The notes below the pieces were generated by a model. It did not search any database. It was given only the letters and a program-made list of their open reading frames with translations, and was not told the DNA's origin. Source: Candidatus Omnitrophota bacterium (GTDB taxonomy: Bacteria; Omnitrophota; Gorgyraeia; Duberdicusellales; 4484-171). Taken from it: a stretch of DNA of 64,000 bases. The stretch is taken from positions 14,851-78,850 of the forward strand of contig JAAEQW010000297.1 in assembly GCA_024231025.1 (NCBI GenBank). Reading direction: 5' to 3'. Both the position numbers and the translations under genes were made by a program. Shown piece after piece: positions 48,309 through 58,455 of this stretch (its first letter is position 1; each line of letters opens with the position of its first letter).

Positions 48309-49204
48309 CTAAAATTAAAGTCGGTGTTTTAGGTGGGGGTATTTCTAAGGAACGAGAAATCTCTCTTGATTCAGCTAACCAGGCAATGTTATCACTAAAA
48401 AGAAGCAACATTGATGCGGTTTTAATTGATATTAAAAGTTGCGATGAAAGGGGAGTCCGTGCTTTGTTAAAAGAATCCGAAATAGATTTGGCGTTTATTG
48501 CATTGCATGGTGAATTTGGTGAGGATGGTGGAGTGCAGATTATTTTGGAGCAGATGAATATTGCCTATACTGGTTCGCCACCAGCAGCTAGCAGGTTGGC
48601 GATGGATAAGGTTGCTGCCAAAAATATTTTTTTAAAAAACAAAATACCGACGCCGTTGTTTACGGTGCACACTAACTGTCAAGGCTATTTAAATGATGTG
48701 GAATTTCCAGTTGTAGTAAAGCCATGCTCTTTGGGGTCAAGCTTAGGGATTTCAATCGCAAACGATGCAGATTCCTTGAAATGCGGTCTAATAGAGGCTT
48801 TAAAGATGCAAAATAAGGTAATAGTTGAATCGTATATACAAGGTAGAGAGTTAACTGTGGGGATTTTAGAAGATTCGCCGTTAGGTGTAGTTGAAATTAT
48901 ACCTAAGGGTGGTTTTTATGATTTTACTAATAAATACATTGATGAAAAAACTGAATTTATTGCTCCGGCGAAATTAGACGAAGAGACGAAACAAAAAATA
49001 AAAAGCATAGCTTTAAATGCACATGTAGCTTTAGGGTGTGGAAATTTTTCTCGTGTGGATATTCGCCTGAGTCATGATAAAATACCATATGTGTTAGAGG
49101 TTAATTCGATTCCAGGTTTAACAGCGCACAGTTTATTGCCGCTTTCTGCAAAATGCTGCAATATTGACTTTGATCAGCTAATTATTAAAATGACACAGAT
49201 ATAA
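48299..49204 (+). CDS. ddl: D-alanine--D-alanine ligase
   Basis: KVGVLGGG...E...S, ATP-grasp, EVNSIPGLT. Confidence 0.85.
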   Translation: MDLTKIKVGVLGGGISKEREISLDSANQAMLSLKRSNIDAVLIDIKSCDERGVRALLKESEIDLAFIALHGEFGEDGGVQIILEQMNIAYTGSPPAASRLAMDKVAAKNIFLKNKIPTPLFTVHTNCQGYLNDVEFPVVVKPCSLGSSLGISIANDADSLKCGLIEALKMQNKVIVESYIQGRELTVGILEDSPLGVVEIIPKGGFYDFTNKYIDEKTEFIAPAKLDEETKQKIKSIALNAHVALGCGNFSRVDIRLSHDKIPYVLEVNSIPGLTAHSLLPLSAKCCNIDFDQLIIKMTQI

Positions 49205-49360
49205 AAATAACGAGATGGTATGAAAAGTAATCAAACGTTATGAGTAATTATTGTCTATTTAACTTAATACTTTCCCGCACTTTATTGATATATTTGGCGG
49301 GATCCCGTCACATGACGGGAACGACGTATGACTTACGACTGAATAAAGGAGGTTTAAGCC

Positions 49361-50170
49361 GTGGTTAGAAAAAAAAATAAGAAGAAAAAAAATACGCGTA
49401 ATAAAAAATCCAAAATTGACTTTAATCCCAAAATCTTTATTGCTATTTTTTTAATATTTTTAGGAATAGGCGCTACTTTTTATTTGGGAAAAATCATTTA
49501 TGAATCGAAAGTTTTTACGGTTAAGAAAATTGACTCAAACGTAAAACTCGATGATGACTTGATTGCTTCAGTTAAGGGGCGTTCGCTGTTTACCGTCAAC
49601 ACGAGCTATCTTTATAAGCGCATTTCTAGTAATAATGTTGAATATAAGGACGTTTCTATTGTGAAAAAATTTCCAGATACATTACGAATCGAAATTGTTA
49701 AACGAGTTCCATTCGCGCAGATAAAGGCTGAGAAGTTTTTTTTGATTGATCGTGATGGTGTTATTCTTAATAGCGGTCAACGCACTGCTTTCGATAGCCT
49801 AATAGCGATAGAGCTAGCTGCTCGGTCTAATCCATTGCATCGCGGTGCTCACATCAAAGAGAAACAATTAGATATTGCCTTTGTTTTAATGGATGAATTA
49901 GTTAAAAATAGATTTTTTAAAAAAAATCCAGTTACACTAATAAATATAACATCTAAACAGGCATTGTACTTTAACGTTGAAGCATTAGCTTCTAACAGTC
50001 AAGAAGAGGAATTTAGCGTAAAAGTGAAAGTGATAGTAGGCGAAGATGATTTTGCGCATAAATTGCATGTTTTTGAAAGTTTAATAAATAATAAGATAAA
50101 AGCCGATCTTCATTTAGTTAAATATATTGATTTAAGATACAAAAAGGCTTATATCGGATACAAAAGGTAG
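49361..50170 (+). CDS. ftsQ: cell division protein FtsQ/DivIB (POTRA)
   Basis: Basic N-terminus, one TM, POTRA-like region. GTG start with SD AAGGAGG 8 nt upstream. Located between ddl and ftsA. Confidence 0.6.
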   Translation: MVRKKNKKKKNTRNKKSKIDFNPKIFIAIFLIFLGIGATFYLGKIIYESKVFTVKKIDSNVKLDDDLIASVKGRSLFTVNTSYLYKRISSNNVEYKDVSIVKKFPDTLRIEIVKRVPFAQIKAEKFFLIDRDGVILNSGQRTAFDSLIAIELAARSNPLHRGAHIKEKQLDIAFVLMDELVKNRFFKKNPVTLINITSKQALYFNVEALASNSQEEEFSVKVKVIVGEDDFAHKLHVFESLINNKIKADLHLVKYIDLRYKKAYIGYKR

Positions 50171-50178
50171 TTAATTTT

Positions 50179-51375
50179 GTGGTGACCAAGCAAAAGAGTG
50201 TAAGGGGGTCTAATAGAGTGAAGGGGATTTGTGGTATAGATATTAATACTGATCGAATTTTTATATCTTTTGCTGCTGAGAAAAAATCTTCTCCTGTTTT
50301 TCGAGGAGAGATCGAAGTCGCAATACCGTTGAAAGAGCCAAATATTTTAGAATTTTTGAAAGAGCATGTCCAGGAGATCGTGCAACAAATAAGAGATAAC
50401 GAGAAAACTTACGGACTCAAAGTTGAAAAAGTATATCTTAAACTGCCATGGGGCATGGAAACTGTTAAAACTTATGAGGAAACAATTTCCCTGAAGGCGC
50501 GAAAAAAAATTGCCCCTAAAGACATATCTTTTGCTAAAAAAGCTTTAGAGACTGCAGCGTTAGATTGGGATGATTTTTGTGTGCATCATTTTCCGGTAAC
50601 TTATGGCATTGAAGGCAAAGTAGTAAACCATTTGCCGATAGGGTTGTGGACAAGGAAGATAAGGCTGAAATCTAATTTAGTTGTTATCAAGGACAAATTA
50701 CGTCGGGAAACTAAAGATATGTTTGATAATTTAGAAATGGGTTTTGAAGGTTTTGTGGCACCAGCAGTGAGTGCTTTTTCGGGATCGTTTATTGATATCG
50801 ACAACAGTGGCAAGCAGGCTGTGGTATCAGTAGGGTATGATCAATCGCACTTGGTTATTGTAACCGAGGGGGTAATTACGATAGTTAAAAGTTTTGATTT
50901 TGGTTTAAAGGGAGCCATTTCGATTTTGGCAGATAAATTTTCTTTACCATTTTCTTTGGCTCAGAAAATATTTGATCGATATGTATTTTTGCAAGAGCGG
51001 CCCATCGCAGCTGCAGAATCGTTTAATAAGGAAGTGAGCGTTAAAAGTGGTGATTCATATATTAATTTAAGTATAAATAGTTTAAATACGACACTAATCC
51101 AATATATCGAAAATAACCTACAAAGCATTTTAGGGTGCTTAGATTCATCGGGTGTCACGGTATCCTTTTTAGGGCGTTTAAACGCGAAAGAAGGATTTCG
51201 AAATATTCTTGAAAAGTTTGTTTCTTTTAATATTGCACCTTTACCTTATGCAGTTAATCTTTCTTCTTCTTTTGGATGTCTTCGTTATGGGGCGTTATCT
51301 TTTCTTGAAAAGGATCGTCGACGAAAAAGAACACTAATGGAGCGTTTAATGAAGGTGTATAAGGAATATTTTTAA
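50179..51375 (+). CDS. ftsA: cell division protein FtsA (divergent actin-like ATPase)
   Basis: GICGIDINTDRIF N-terminal actin fold. Position after ftsQ. Divergent; start codon uncertain (GTG). Confidence 0.6.
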   Translation: MVTKQKSVRGSNRVKGICGIDINTDRIFISFAAEKKSSPVFRGEIEVAIPLKEPNILEFLKEHVQEIVQQIRDNEKTYGLKVEKVYLKLPWGMETVKTYEETISLKARKKIAPKDISFAKKALETAALDWDDFCVHHFPVTYGIEGKVVNHLPIGLWTRKIRLKSNLVVIKDKLRRETKDMFDNLEMGFEGFVAPAVSAFSGSFIDIDNSGKQAVVSVGYDQSHLVIVTEGVITIVKSFDFGLKGAISILADKFSLPFSLAQKIFDRYVFLQERPIAAAESFNKEVSVKSGDSYINLSINSLNTTLIQYIENNLQSILGCLDSSGVTVSFLGRLNAKEGFRNILEKFVSFNIAPLPYAVNLSSSFGCLRYGALSFLEKDRRRKRTLMERLMKVYKEYF

Positions 51376-51411
51376 ATAGTGAGGATTAGATCCTAAGGTA
51401 AGTTTAGAAAT

Positions 51412-53355
51412 ATGGAAAAAGACCAAATCTTAGAAGATCTTTTTAAAAGTTTTAGGGTTGCGATTAACAATGCGACCCTTTATTTTGATCAACACCCAAT
51501 TTTTTTGCATGCAGTGTGCGATCTTAAAGAAAAGATTGATAAGATTTTTTTAATCTTTGATCCACTGGTTATTGGCATTACGCCTAAATCGTTGCTGGTC
51601 AACGACACAGTTTTAGAGAATAGCAAGGTTTACCATGAGCTTGCCGGCACACTCCATCGACGTAAAATCAAACGCATAACAATTGAGAAAGATGTATCTG
51701 TCCACGAAATTGCATTGCTTCTTTCAAAGCTTGGCTTATCTGCAAAAGACGCAATTAAAAGTGGTGGATTTAATGCAATCGAAATTCCTCATATTATCGT
51801 TGAGAACTTGGATTACATGCAATTTTTAAAAGAAGGCGGTAAACAGCAAAAAGATATATGGTCGGTTTTGCTTGCAAAGGCAGTAAAGGATAATAATAAA
51901 AGTGAAATTAGCGAGTTTGTTGATAATTTTGATGTTATTGCTAATAAGTTTCAAGCTGTAGATTTTATTGAAAATGATGAAATAAGAAGCAATTTGCATA
52001 CCTTTTTAGAGCATTTACATACTAATGATCATGATCAATTCAAAAAGTGCACAAAAGAGGTGATAAAGCTTATTTTAAGTGACAAAAATATTCCGAAAGA
52101 TATAAATTTAGATAATATAAAAAGTTTTTTTGATAAGTTTGAAACAGGTGAGCTGTCGAATACTTTGTGGGAGCAAGTAGTTACAGATGAGAAATTTGAT
52201 TTCTTAACTTTTAATTTATTTTCTCAGCTTGTTAATCAAGAAAAGCATAATGAAATTGCTCTTTCTTTGGCCAGTAAGATTACAAAGGGTGATCTTTTGA
52301 AAAACAATCCGCAAGCAGTTTCGCGTATACGGAAATTGTTCTCTTCTGACATCGATTCTGATGTGTCAAAAGTTTACAGGAAAACATTATCATCTATTTT
52401 GCAAGACACTCTTATCGAAGGAGAGCGCTCTATCGATCGCAAGCAAGTTAATTGCAATTATCGATATATTTTGCTTAATTTGTTTATTTTGGAGAGGAGG
52501 CTGACCTGGTTGAAGTTGATATCAGAAAGAATTCTAAGTGAATGGAATAGGGCAATGGAAGAAAATGATGCAGAGTACTTGCAACTTTTTATAGAGGCAT
52601 TAGACAAAAAGAAACGTCTTGATCCGAGTCTTGAGTCAGCGTTCGTTGATACTGAACGAGAAATATTTGGATTAGTCGAAGAAAAAGTTCTAAAGGGTGA
52701 AGTAACCAGTTGTTTTGAAGTTTTTTATAATACATCATCCAAAAGTTTTATTGGAATAACGCCTTATACCGCAGCGATTTTTAAAGACAGAAAGATTAAT
52801 CGCTCGATAATGCAGCTATACTTCAAATTTTTTGGATATCAAGTTGATCATTTTAAGAGAGAGATGAACCGCAATCGGCATGATTTAGAGTTTATCCGAG
52901 AAATTATTGATAGCGTCAAAACTATTGATTCTCCTTTTAGCCTTGAAGTACTGAAGTTTATTTTTAATTTTTCTAATATTCTTTTGAAAGTTGATGCAAT
53001 CAAAGCAATGCGAGAGCTAGCAGCTTACTCATTGTATGATGGAGATTTACTACTTTCTTTAATTAAAAAAAGGAACATTTTCTTGAAAAGGGAAGCACTG
53101 GCTGTTATTGCTACGGATGAGGCGTTAACTTCTCAGGCGGTGAAAGAGCTTTTTAATCAATCTAATTTTTTTGGATTTCGTAATAATATATTTTTGGAAA
53201 ACATAAGAATGGCTGAGGATGTTAAATTTTTTGGTGCAAGAGAATGTTTAATTTCCTTAAGCAGAGATAAGTCATTTTGGCGCAAAGAGGTTGCCAAGGG
53301 GGCAAAACAACTTTTAGAAGATTGGGATAGAGGCAAAAAAAATGAGCGTAACTGA
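51412..53355 (+). CDS. hypothetical protein; N-terminal domain paralogous to the N-domain of the downstream HD-GYP protein, no HD domain
   Basis: 647 aa. The N-terminal ~100 aa (ATLYFDQHPIFL..., LVIGITP..., SVHEIALLLSKL) aligns with residues 1-100 of the 53342 protein. No HD or GYP motifs found. Confidence 0.6.
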   Translation: MEKDQILEDLFKSFRVAINNATLYFDQHPIFLHAVCDLKEKIDKIFLIFDPLVIGITPKSLLVNDTVLENSKVYHELAGTLHRRKIKRITIEKDVSVHEIALLLSKLGLSAKDAIKSGGFNAIEIPHIIVENLDYMQFLKEGGKQQKDIWSVLLAKAVKDNNKSEISEFVDNFDVIANKFQAVDFIENDEIRSNLHTFLEHLHTNDHDQFKKCTKEVIKLILSDKNIPKDINLDNIKSFFDKFETGELSNTLWEQVVTDEKFDFLTFNLFSQLVNQEKHNEIALSLASKITKGDLLKNNPQAVSRIRKLFSSDIDSDVSKVYRKTLSSILQDTLIEGERSIDRKQVNCNYRYILLNLFILERRLTWLKLISERILSEWNRAMEENDAEYLQLFIEALDKKKRLDPSLESAFVDTEREIFGLVEEKVLKGEVTSCFEVFYNTSSKSFIGITPYTAAIFKDRKINRSIMQLYFKFFGYQVDHFKREMNRNRHDLEFIREIIDSVKTIDSPFSLEVLKFIFNFSNILLKVDAIKAMRELAAYSLYDGDLLLSLIKKRNIFLKREALAVIATDEALTSQAVKELFNQSNFFGFRNNIFLENIRMAEDVKFFGARECLISLSRDKSFWRKEVAKGAKQLLEDWDRGKKNERN

Positions 53356-54682
53356 TAAAATCAAAGTTTTTTTTAGAGATCTGATGTCGTCGTTGCAAAG
53401 CGCTCAAATTTATACTACTTGTCACCCAAAATTCAATGAGTCGTTAGATAAAACGTATAGCCAGCTTAAAGACATCCTTAGTTCTAGAGAGCACTTTACT
53501 ATTGGTATTGTTGGAGATGAGATTGCTTTCGAGTCGGAAATATTTTTTGATTTAAGCAATAATATGAGACAAGTTGTTAGTTATTTAAAAGAAAAAGGTG
53601 TTGAAAAACTGTCGTTTTGTCGTGGAGTTAAAAGGGACGAGTTAATCAAATTTCTAGAATTTTTAATGATATCGAAGGGAGATTTTAATACAGAAACAGA
53701 AGAGTATTTTTTAACTATGGGAATTCGTAATATTTCTGCAGGTAAGCTTAGCGCCGAGGCAGGTGAACCGATCAGTAGCGTAAAAAGTGCGATAAACTAT
53801 CTTAAACGTTACGAAGGATCGATGGACAAAATTGCTGACTCGTTAACGAAAATGCTTGATAGTGGCACAATTGATTCCTTAGAATTGGGCTTTACTGTCA
53901 CCAATGTGATGGAAAATTTAATTGGTAGATATCATGAATTTTTTAAACTAACTACAGTTAAGCAATATGATTTAGGAACATTTCGACATATTCTGAATGT
54001 TTCTGTTTTGTCGATGCATTTTGCCGTTAAATTGGGATTTGTTCATAAGGACTGTCTTGATATAGGGATTGCGGCCCTCTTTCATGATATCGGCAAGCTT
54101 TATGTGTCGCGCAAGATAATACAAAAATCGGATAAATTGGCTGAAGAAGAGTTTGATAAGATGCGTAGCCACACTCTTTTGGGGGCTGAGATTCTTTTGA
54201 AGAATGTGGATAGTTTGGGAACGTTACCGGTAATCGTTGCCTTTGAACACCATTTGCGATATAACTTAAAGGGCTATCCGAAAGTACCTTTCGCTAAAGC
54301 GCCGCACGTAGCTTCGTTGCTTATTTCTGTGTGTGATGTGTATGATGCGCTTATACAAAGAAGAAGCTATAAAAGAAGTTATCCGCCAGAAATGATCTAT
54401 AACCTTATGATGCGGGAAAGAGGAAATCTCTTTGATCCAAAGTTATTGGATATGTTTTTTAACATAATGGGAGTTTGGCCAATCGGAACAATCGTTGAGC
54501 TAAGTGATGCAACAGTTGCCATTGTTCGGGAAATTAACGAATCAGATAAGTTTTCTCCCAAGGTGGAAGTCGTTCATCCTTCGAAATCTGGAATTATGGA
54601 CCTAGGGAAGATGAAAAATATTAACATCGAAAAATCGCTGAATCCCTTTGCGGAAGGTAAGCAATTTGTTGACTTAGTTTAG
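53342..54682 (+). CDS. HD-GYP domain phosphodiesterase with N-terminal domain of unknown function (DUF3391-like)
   Basis: HD domain LFHDIGKLYV. HHLRYNLKGYPK contains the GYP signature. 14-nt overlap with the upstream paralog. Confidence 0.75.
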   Translation: MSVTDKIKVFFRDLMSSLQSAQIYTTCHPKFNESLDKTYSQLKDILSSREHFTIGIVGDEIAFESEIFFDLSNNMRQVVSYLKEKGVEKLSFCRGVKRDELIKFLEFLMISKGDFNTETEEYFLTMGIRNISAGKLSAEAGEPISSVKSAINYLKRYEGSMDKIADSLTKMLDSGTIDSLELGFTVTNVMENLIGRYHEFFKLTTVKQYDLGTFRHILNVSVLSMHFAVKLGFVHKDCLDIGIAALFHDIGKLYVSRKIIQKSDKLAEEEFDKMRSHTLLGAEILLKNVDSLGTLPVIVAFEHHLRYNLKGYPKVPFAKAPHVASLLISVCDVYDALIQRRSYKRSYPPEMIYNLMMRERGNLFDPKLLDMFFNIMGVWPIGTIVELSDATVAIVREINESDKFSPKVEVVHPSKSGIMDLGKMKNINIEKSLNPFAEGKQFVDLV

Positions 54683-54787
54683 GATATACGGATAAAATAT
54701 ATTTACCCTAGCGAATAATTGAGATATAATAAGTATTGTTAATCGCCGGTAGGATTTTGTTCATTAATCATTAAACGATGGAAGGTT

Positions 54788-55147
54788 ATGAAGAAAAAAG
54801 TTCTTGTAGTTGATGATGAAAAAGAGATTGTTGATTTTCTTGAAAAATTTCTAAGAAGGTTAGATATAACTGTAATGAAGGCAGTCAGCGGAGGAGAAGC
54901 TGTAGAGCTTTGCAAAAAAGATTCGCCTGATTGTGTTTTTCTGGATATTCAAATGCCGGATAAGGATGGATTAACCGTTCTTCAGGAGATAATTGATTTA
55001 AATGCGGCCCTAAAGGTAATTATGATTACGGGCAAGGAAAAGCTAGAATTTCAAGAAAAAGCAAAAAAGATCGGGGCAATAGACTACATAACAAAACCTT
55101 TGGATTTGAGTGACCTTAACGAAAAAGTTAAAGCGTATCTTTCTTGA
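54788..55147 (+). CDS. single-domain response regulator (CheY-like receiver)
   Basis: VLVVDDE...FLDIQMPDKDGL...IMITGK: acidic pocket, phospho-acceptor Asp, T/K positions. Confidence 0.8.
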   Translation: MKKKVLVVDDEKEIVDFLEKFLRRLDITVMKAVSGGEAVELCKKDSPDCVFLDIQMPDKDGLTVLQEIIDLNAALKVIMITGKEKLEFQEKAKKIGAIDYITKPLDLSDLNEKVKAYLS

Positions 55148-55233
55148 TGTATGAAAAATTATAAAGAACGTCGGGGAAGTTCATGGGAAGGATCTTGATG
55201 GTTGCTAAATGCGACTAGATTTTCTTAAGCGTT

Positions 55234-56400
55234 ATGAGAGCTAATCACAGAAAAGACTTAGAAAATATTGCTCGGCAAATGATCCTTGTTCATAATGCTG
55301 ATGCGCTTATTGAGTTGGTTCTGCGTACAATTGTTAGTAATTTAAGAGTTACACATGCTGGAATTCTTATTTACGACAAAACCAGAGAAGAATATGTTGT
55401 AAAAATCTCCAAAGGACGTCATGGTTTTAAAATTCCTTCCGGTTTCGTTAAAGTTACTAAAAAAAATCCGCTGATAGAATACTTCACTAATAAAAAGAGA
55501 AATTTTCCTAAAGATTTTATTCTTTTCACTAAGATTGACGAATATATTCGTAATTCAAAAAAAAGCCGGGCAACAAGAGCTTTTCTTCAAGATTTGAAGG
55601 TTAATTTAAGTTTTCATCAAGCGCGAGTTTGCGTGCCTGGGTTTTTTGGTAAAGACTTAATTGGGATTCTCTTTCTTGGGGATAAAGTCAGCAAAAAGAG
55701 GTTTTCAGAAGGGGAGCTGGGGTTTTTGTCAGTTCTTGCCTCGGATGTTGTTATGGCCTTAAAAAATGCTTGGCTGGTTGAAGATATAAGCACTCAGCTA
55801 GCGAATAATAAGCGTTTATTCTTGCAAATGGTAGCAACTTTAGCGTCTAGCATTGAAGCTAAGGATAAATATACGATGGGCCATACTGAACGGGTTATGG
55901 AATATTCTCTCGATATTGCTAATAAGATGAAGAATGAGAAAAATATTGTTGACTGGGGTAAATTTTTGGAAAATTTAAAGATATCAGCGCTCTTACATGA
56001 CATTGGTAAGATTGGGATACCAGAGAGCATTTTAAATAAACCCGATTCCTTAACCGACGAAGAACGAAAAGTTATTCGCCAACACCCTTTAATCGGGGTT
56101 AATATTTTAAAAAATGTTGATGAACTTGACGAAGCCCTTTTAGGAGTAAAATTCCATCATGAACGATACGATGGCAAGGGATATCCTTCCGGGTTGAGTG
56201 GTGAGGACATCCCTTTTATCGCTTCTGTGATCTCTCTTGCTGATGCTTTTGATGCGATGACTACCGATAGGCCGTATCGTAAGGCATTGTCATTAAGGGA
56301 GGCAGTTGCTGAAATTAAACGCAATAAGGGGAAGCAATTTGCCCCTGACGTCGTAGATGCTTTTTTAAAAGCTTATATTTCCAGAGATATCGAAAAATGA
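55234..56400 (+). CDS. GAF domain - HD-GYP phosphodiesterase
   Basis: N-terminal GAF-like region. HD-GYP: HTERVMEYS, LLHDIGKIGIP, HHERYDGKGYPSGL. Confidence 0.8.
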   Translation: MRANHRKDLENIARQMILVHNADALIELVLRTIVSNLRVTHAGILIYDKTREEYVVKISKGRHGFKIPSGFVKVTKKNPLIEYFTNKKRNFPKDFILFTKIDEYIRNSKKSRATRAFLQDLKVNLSFHQARVCVPGFFGKDLIGILFLGDKVSKKRFSEGELGFLSVLASDVVMALKNAWLVEDISTQLANNKRLFLQMVATLASSIEAKDKYTMGHTERVMEYSLDIANKMKNEKNIVDWGKFLENLKISALLHDIGKIGIPESILNKPDSLTDEERKVIRQHPLIGVNILKNVDELDEALLGVKFHHERYDGKGYPSGLSGEDIPFIASVISLADAFDAMTTDRPYRKALSLREAVAEIKRNKGKQFAPDVVDAFLKAYISRDIEK

Positions 56401-57512
56401 AAAAAGTAAATATTTTTTATATTTCAGACTTTGGCGGCCATAGTATAGCTGCAAAAAACTTGAAAGAAGCTTTTTATCATCGAGATTCGCAGGTGCGGGT
56501 TTTGAGCCTTAATGGTTTTGGCCATTTTTATCCTCGCAGCGAAAAAGTGGTAGATTTTATATATACGATTATAATCAAACACTTTCCTTTTATTTGGGGT
56601 ACTACTTATGATCGCAAGGGAGTGATAAAGCATTTAACACCTATTCAGCGTTGGATAAATAAATTATCTTTTCGTAAGCTATCACGTCTTGTAAGGGACT
56701 TTAATCCAGATTGTCTTGTAGCGACTCAGGCTTTTCCATGCGGTATGCTGGCCGATTTTAAAAAGAAGCTAGGGCTTAAAACACCACTGGTGGCAGTAGT
56801 TACTGATTATCACCCTCATCGTTTTTGGATTCATCCTTTTGTTGATAAATATGTTGTGGCATGCTCTCAAGCCAAAGAGGCGTTAATCCAGGAAGGTGTA
56901 GACGCAGATAAAGTAAAAATTCTGGGTATTCCTATTTCGGTTAGGTTTTTAACGTCATTCCCTAAAGATGAAGTAGCTAGAGAGATTGGCTTTCGTAATG
57001 ATTTGCCATCAGTATTGCTTATGGGTGGTGCCTTAGGTATGGGTGCGATTAAGGAAGTCGCTCAACAGCTGGATGAATTAAATTTGGACTTTCAGATGAT
57101 TGTGGTTTGTGGGCGCAACGAAAGATTGCACGATTGGTTTGATGAAAATATAGATAAATTCAAAAAACCTATACATTATTTCGGTTATATTGATTTTGTA
57201 AATAAAATTATGGATTTTTCCGACATAATTGTTACTAAAGGTGGAGGAATAACAATATCGGAGGCTTTAGCCAAAGGTATGGCAATAATTATTGATAATC
57301 CAATTCCCGGGCAAGAAGAGCGCAACGTTAACTATCTATTTAAAAAGAATGCCATCATCGAAGCTGATAATTCGAAAGGGGTAGTTGGTGCAGTAGAGGC
57401 TCTCTTGCAGGATAAGAAAAAAATATATGCACTTAAAGAAAAAGCTAAAGAGAATTCTATGATTGATTCGTCTTTGCGAATAGTCGATTTAATACTTGGG
57501 GAGATTGGTTAG
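56397..57512 (+). CDS. MGDG-synthase/UgtP-like diacylglycerol glycosyltransferase (GT28)
   Basis: N-terminal KKVNIFYISDFGGHSIAAKNL resembles the MGDG_synth/UgtP N-domain. C-terminal GT-B domain (VTKGGGITISEAL). Confidence 0.65.
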   Translation: MKKVNIFYISDFGGHSIAAKNLKEAFYHRDSQVRVLSLNGFGHFYPRSEKVVDFIYTIIIKHFPFIWGTTYDRKGVIKHLTPIQRWINKLSFRKLSRLVRDFNPDCLVATQAFPCGMLADFKKKLGLKTPLVAVVTDYHPHRFWIHPFVDKYVVACSQAKEALIQEGVDADKVKILGIPISVRFLTSFPKDEVAREIGFRNDLPSVLLMGGALGMGAIKEVAQQLDELNLDFQMIVVCGRNERLHDWFDENIDKFKKPIHYFGYIDFVNKIMDFSDIIVTKGGGITISEALAKGMAIIIDNPIPGQEERNVNYLFKKNAIIEADNSKGVVGAVEALLQDKKKIYALKEKAKENSMIDSSLRIVDLILGEIG

Positions 57513-57536
57513 TTTTAAATTTTGAGTTTGTATTTT

Positions 57537-58388
57537 ATGTATTATATTTTTCTTGTTGTAAAAGTCTTAGCCCTTCTTCTTCCACGCAGTATAGGATACT
57601 TCATAGCAAAGAATCTTGCACTACTCCAATACTATTTATGCAAAAATGATAGAGAGAATGTTTTGTATAATCTTGAACCGATTATCGAAGATAAAACAAA
57701 AATTAAAAAAGTTGCGAAAAAAGTTTTTATAAATTTTGCATACTATCTTGTTGATTTTTTTAGGTGTTCTAAGTTTAATAGTGATTTTATAAAAAAATAT
57801 GTAAAAGTTAGTGGTTTAGAAAATGTGGATCAATCTTTAAGAAGTGATGACGGAGTAGTTCTTTTAACGGCGCATCTTGGTAATTATGAGCTTGCAGGGA
57901 CGATAACTTCTCTTCTGGGGTATAATTTTAGCGCTGTTGCCCTGCCGCATAAAGATAAGCGAACAAATAATCTTTTTAACCACCAGCGTCAGGTAGCTGG
58001 AATAAAAGTTATTCCTACTGGAGCTGGGGTAAAGAAGTGCTTTTCAGCTCTTAAGGGTAATGGTGTATTGGGCCTTTTAGGAGATCGTGATTTTTCCGGT
58101 AAAGGGTTAAAGACAAAGATGTTTTCTCGATATGCGTATTTGCCTAGAGGGTTTGCTTTTTTTGCTTTGAAAGTTGGTGTTAATGTGGTGCCGTGTTTTA
58201 TGATTCGAAAACGTAAATACCATTATCATTTTTATTTTGAGAAGCCAATTATCGCTCAACGTAGCGGAGCGATGAGCCAGGAAACTATTGTTGAAGATTA
58301 CACCAAAGTCTTAGAGCGATATATACAGAAATATCCGGATCAGTGGTATCTGTTTATCAAGTATTGGATAGAAAATGATAAGTCGTAA
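57537..58388 (+). CDS. LpxL/HtrB-family lysophospholipid acyltransferase (lipid A or glycolipid acyltransferase)
   Basis: N-terminal TM. LTAHLGNYELAG corresponds to the LpxL HxxxxE/D catalytic motif. The ORF track starts at a TTG; the first ATG was used. Confidence 0.7.
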   Translation: MYYIFLVVKVLALLLPRSIGYFIAKNLALLQYYLCKNDRENVLYNLEPIIEDKTKIKKVAKKVFINFAYYLVDFFRCSKFNSDFIKKYVKVSGLENVDQSLRSDDGVVLLTAHLGNYELAGTITSLLGYNFSAVALPHKDKRTNNLFNHQRQVAGIKVIPTGAGVKKCFSALKGNGVLGLLGDRDFSGKGLKTKMFSRYAYLPRGFAFFALKVGVNVVPCFMIRKRKYHYHFYFEKPIIAQRSGAMSQETIVEDYTKVLERYIQKYPDQWYLFIKYWIENDKS

Positions 58389-58426
58389 AGTATATTTTTT
58401 AGAGACAAGAGACTTCAGGCAATCGA

Positions 58427-58450
58427 TCAAGATTTTTATTAAAAATCTTG
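58427..58450 (+). terminator. perfect 10-bp hairpin caagattttt-atta-aaaaatcttg (weak terminator or RNA element)
   Basis: Perfect inverted repeat, but AT-rich and lacking a clear U-tract on the + strand. Confidence 0.3.
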
Positions 58451-58455
58451 AAAAA

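Noticed and set aside
51412-53355. Idea that the 647-aa protein after ftsA is a divergent FtsZ replacement
   Set aside because: No tubulin/GTPase signature (GGGTGSG/T7 loop). Its N-domain is instead paralogous to the HD-GYP protein N-domain.
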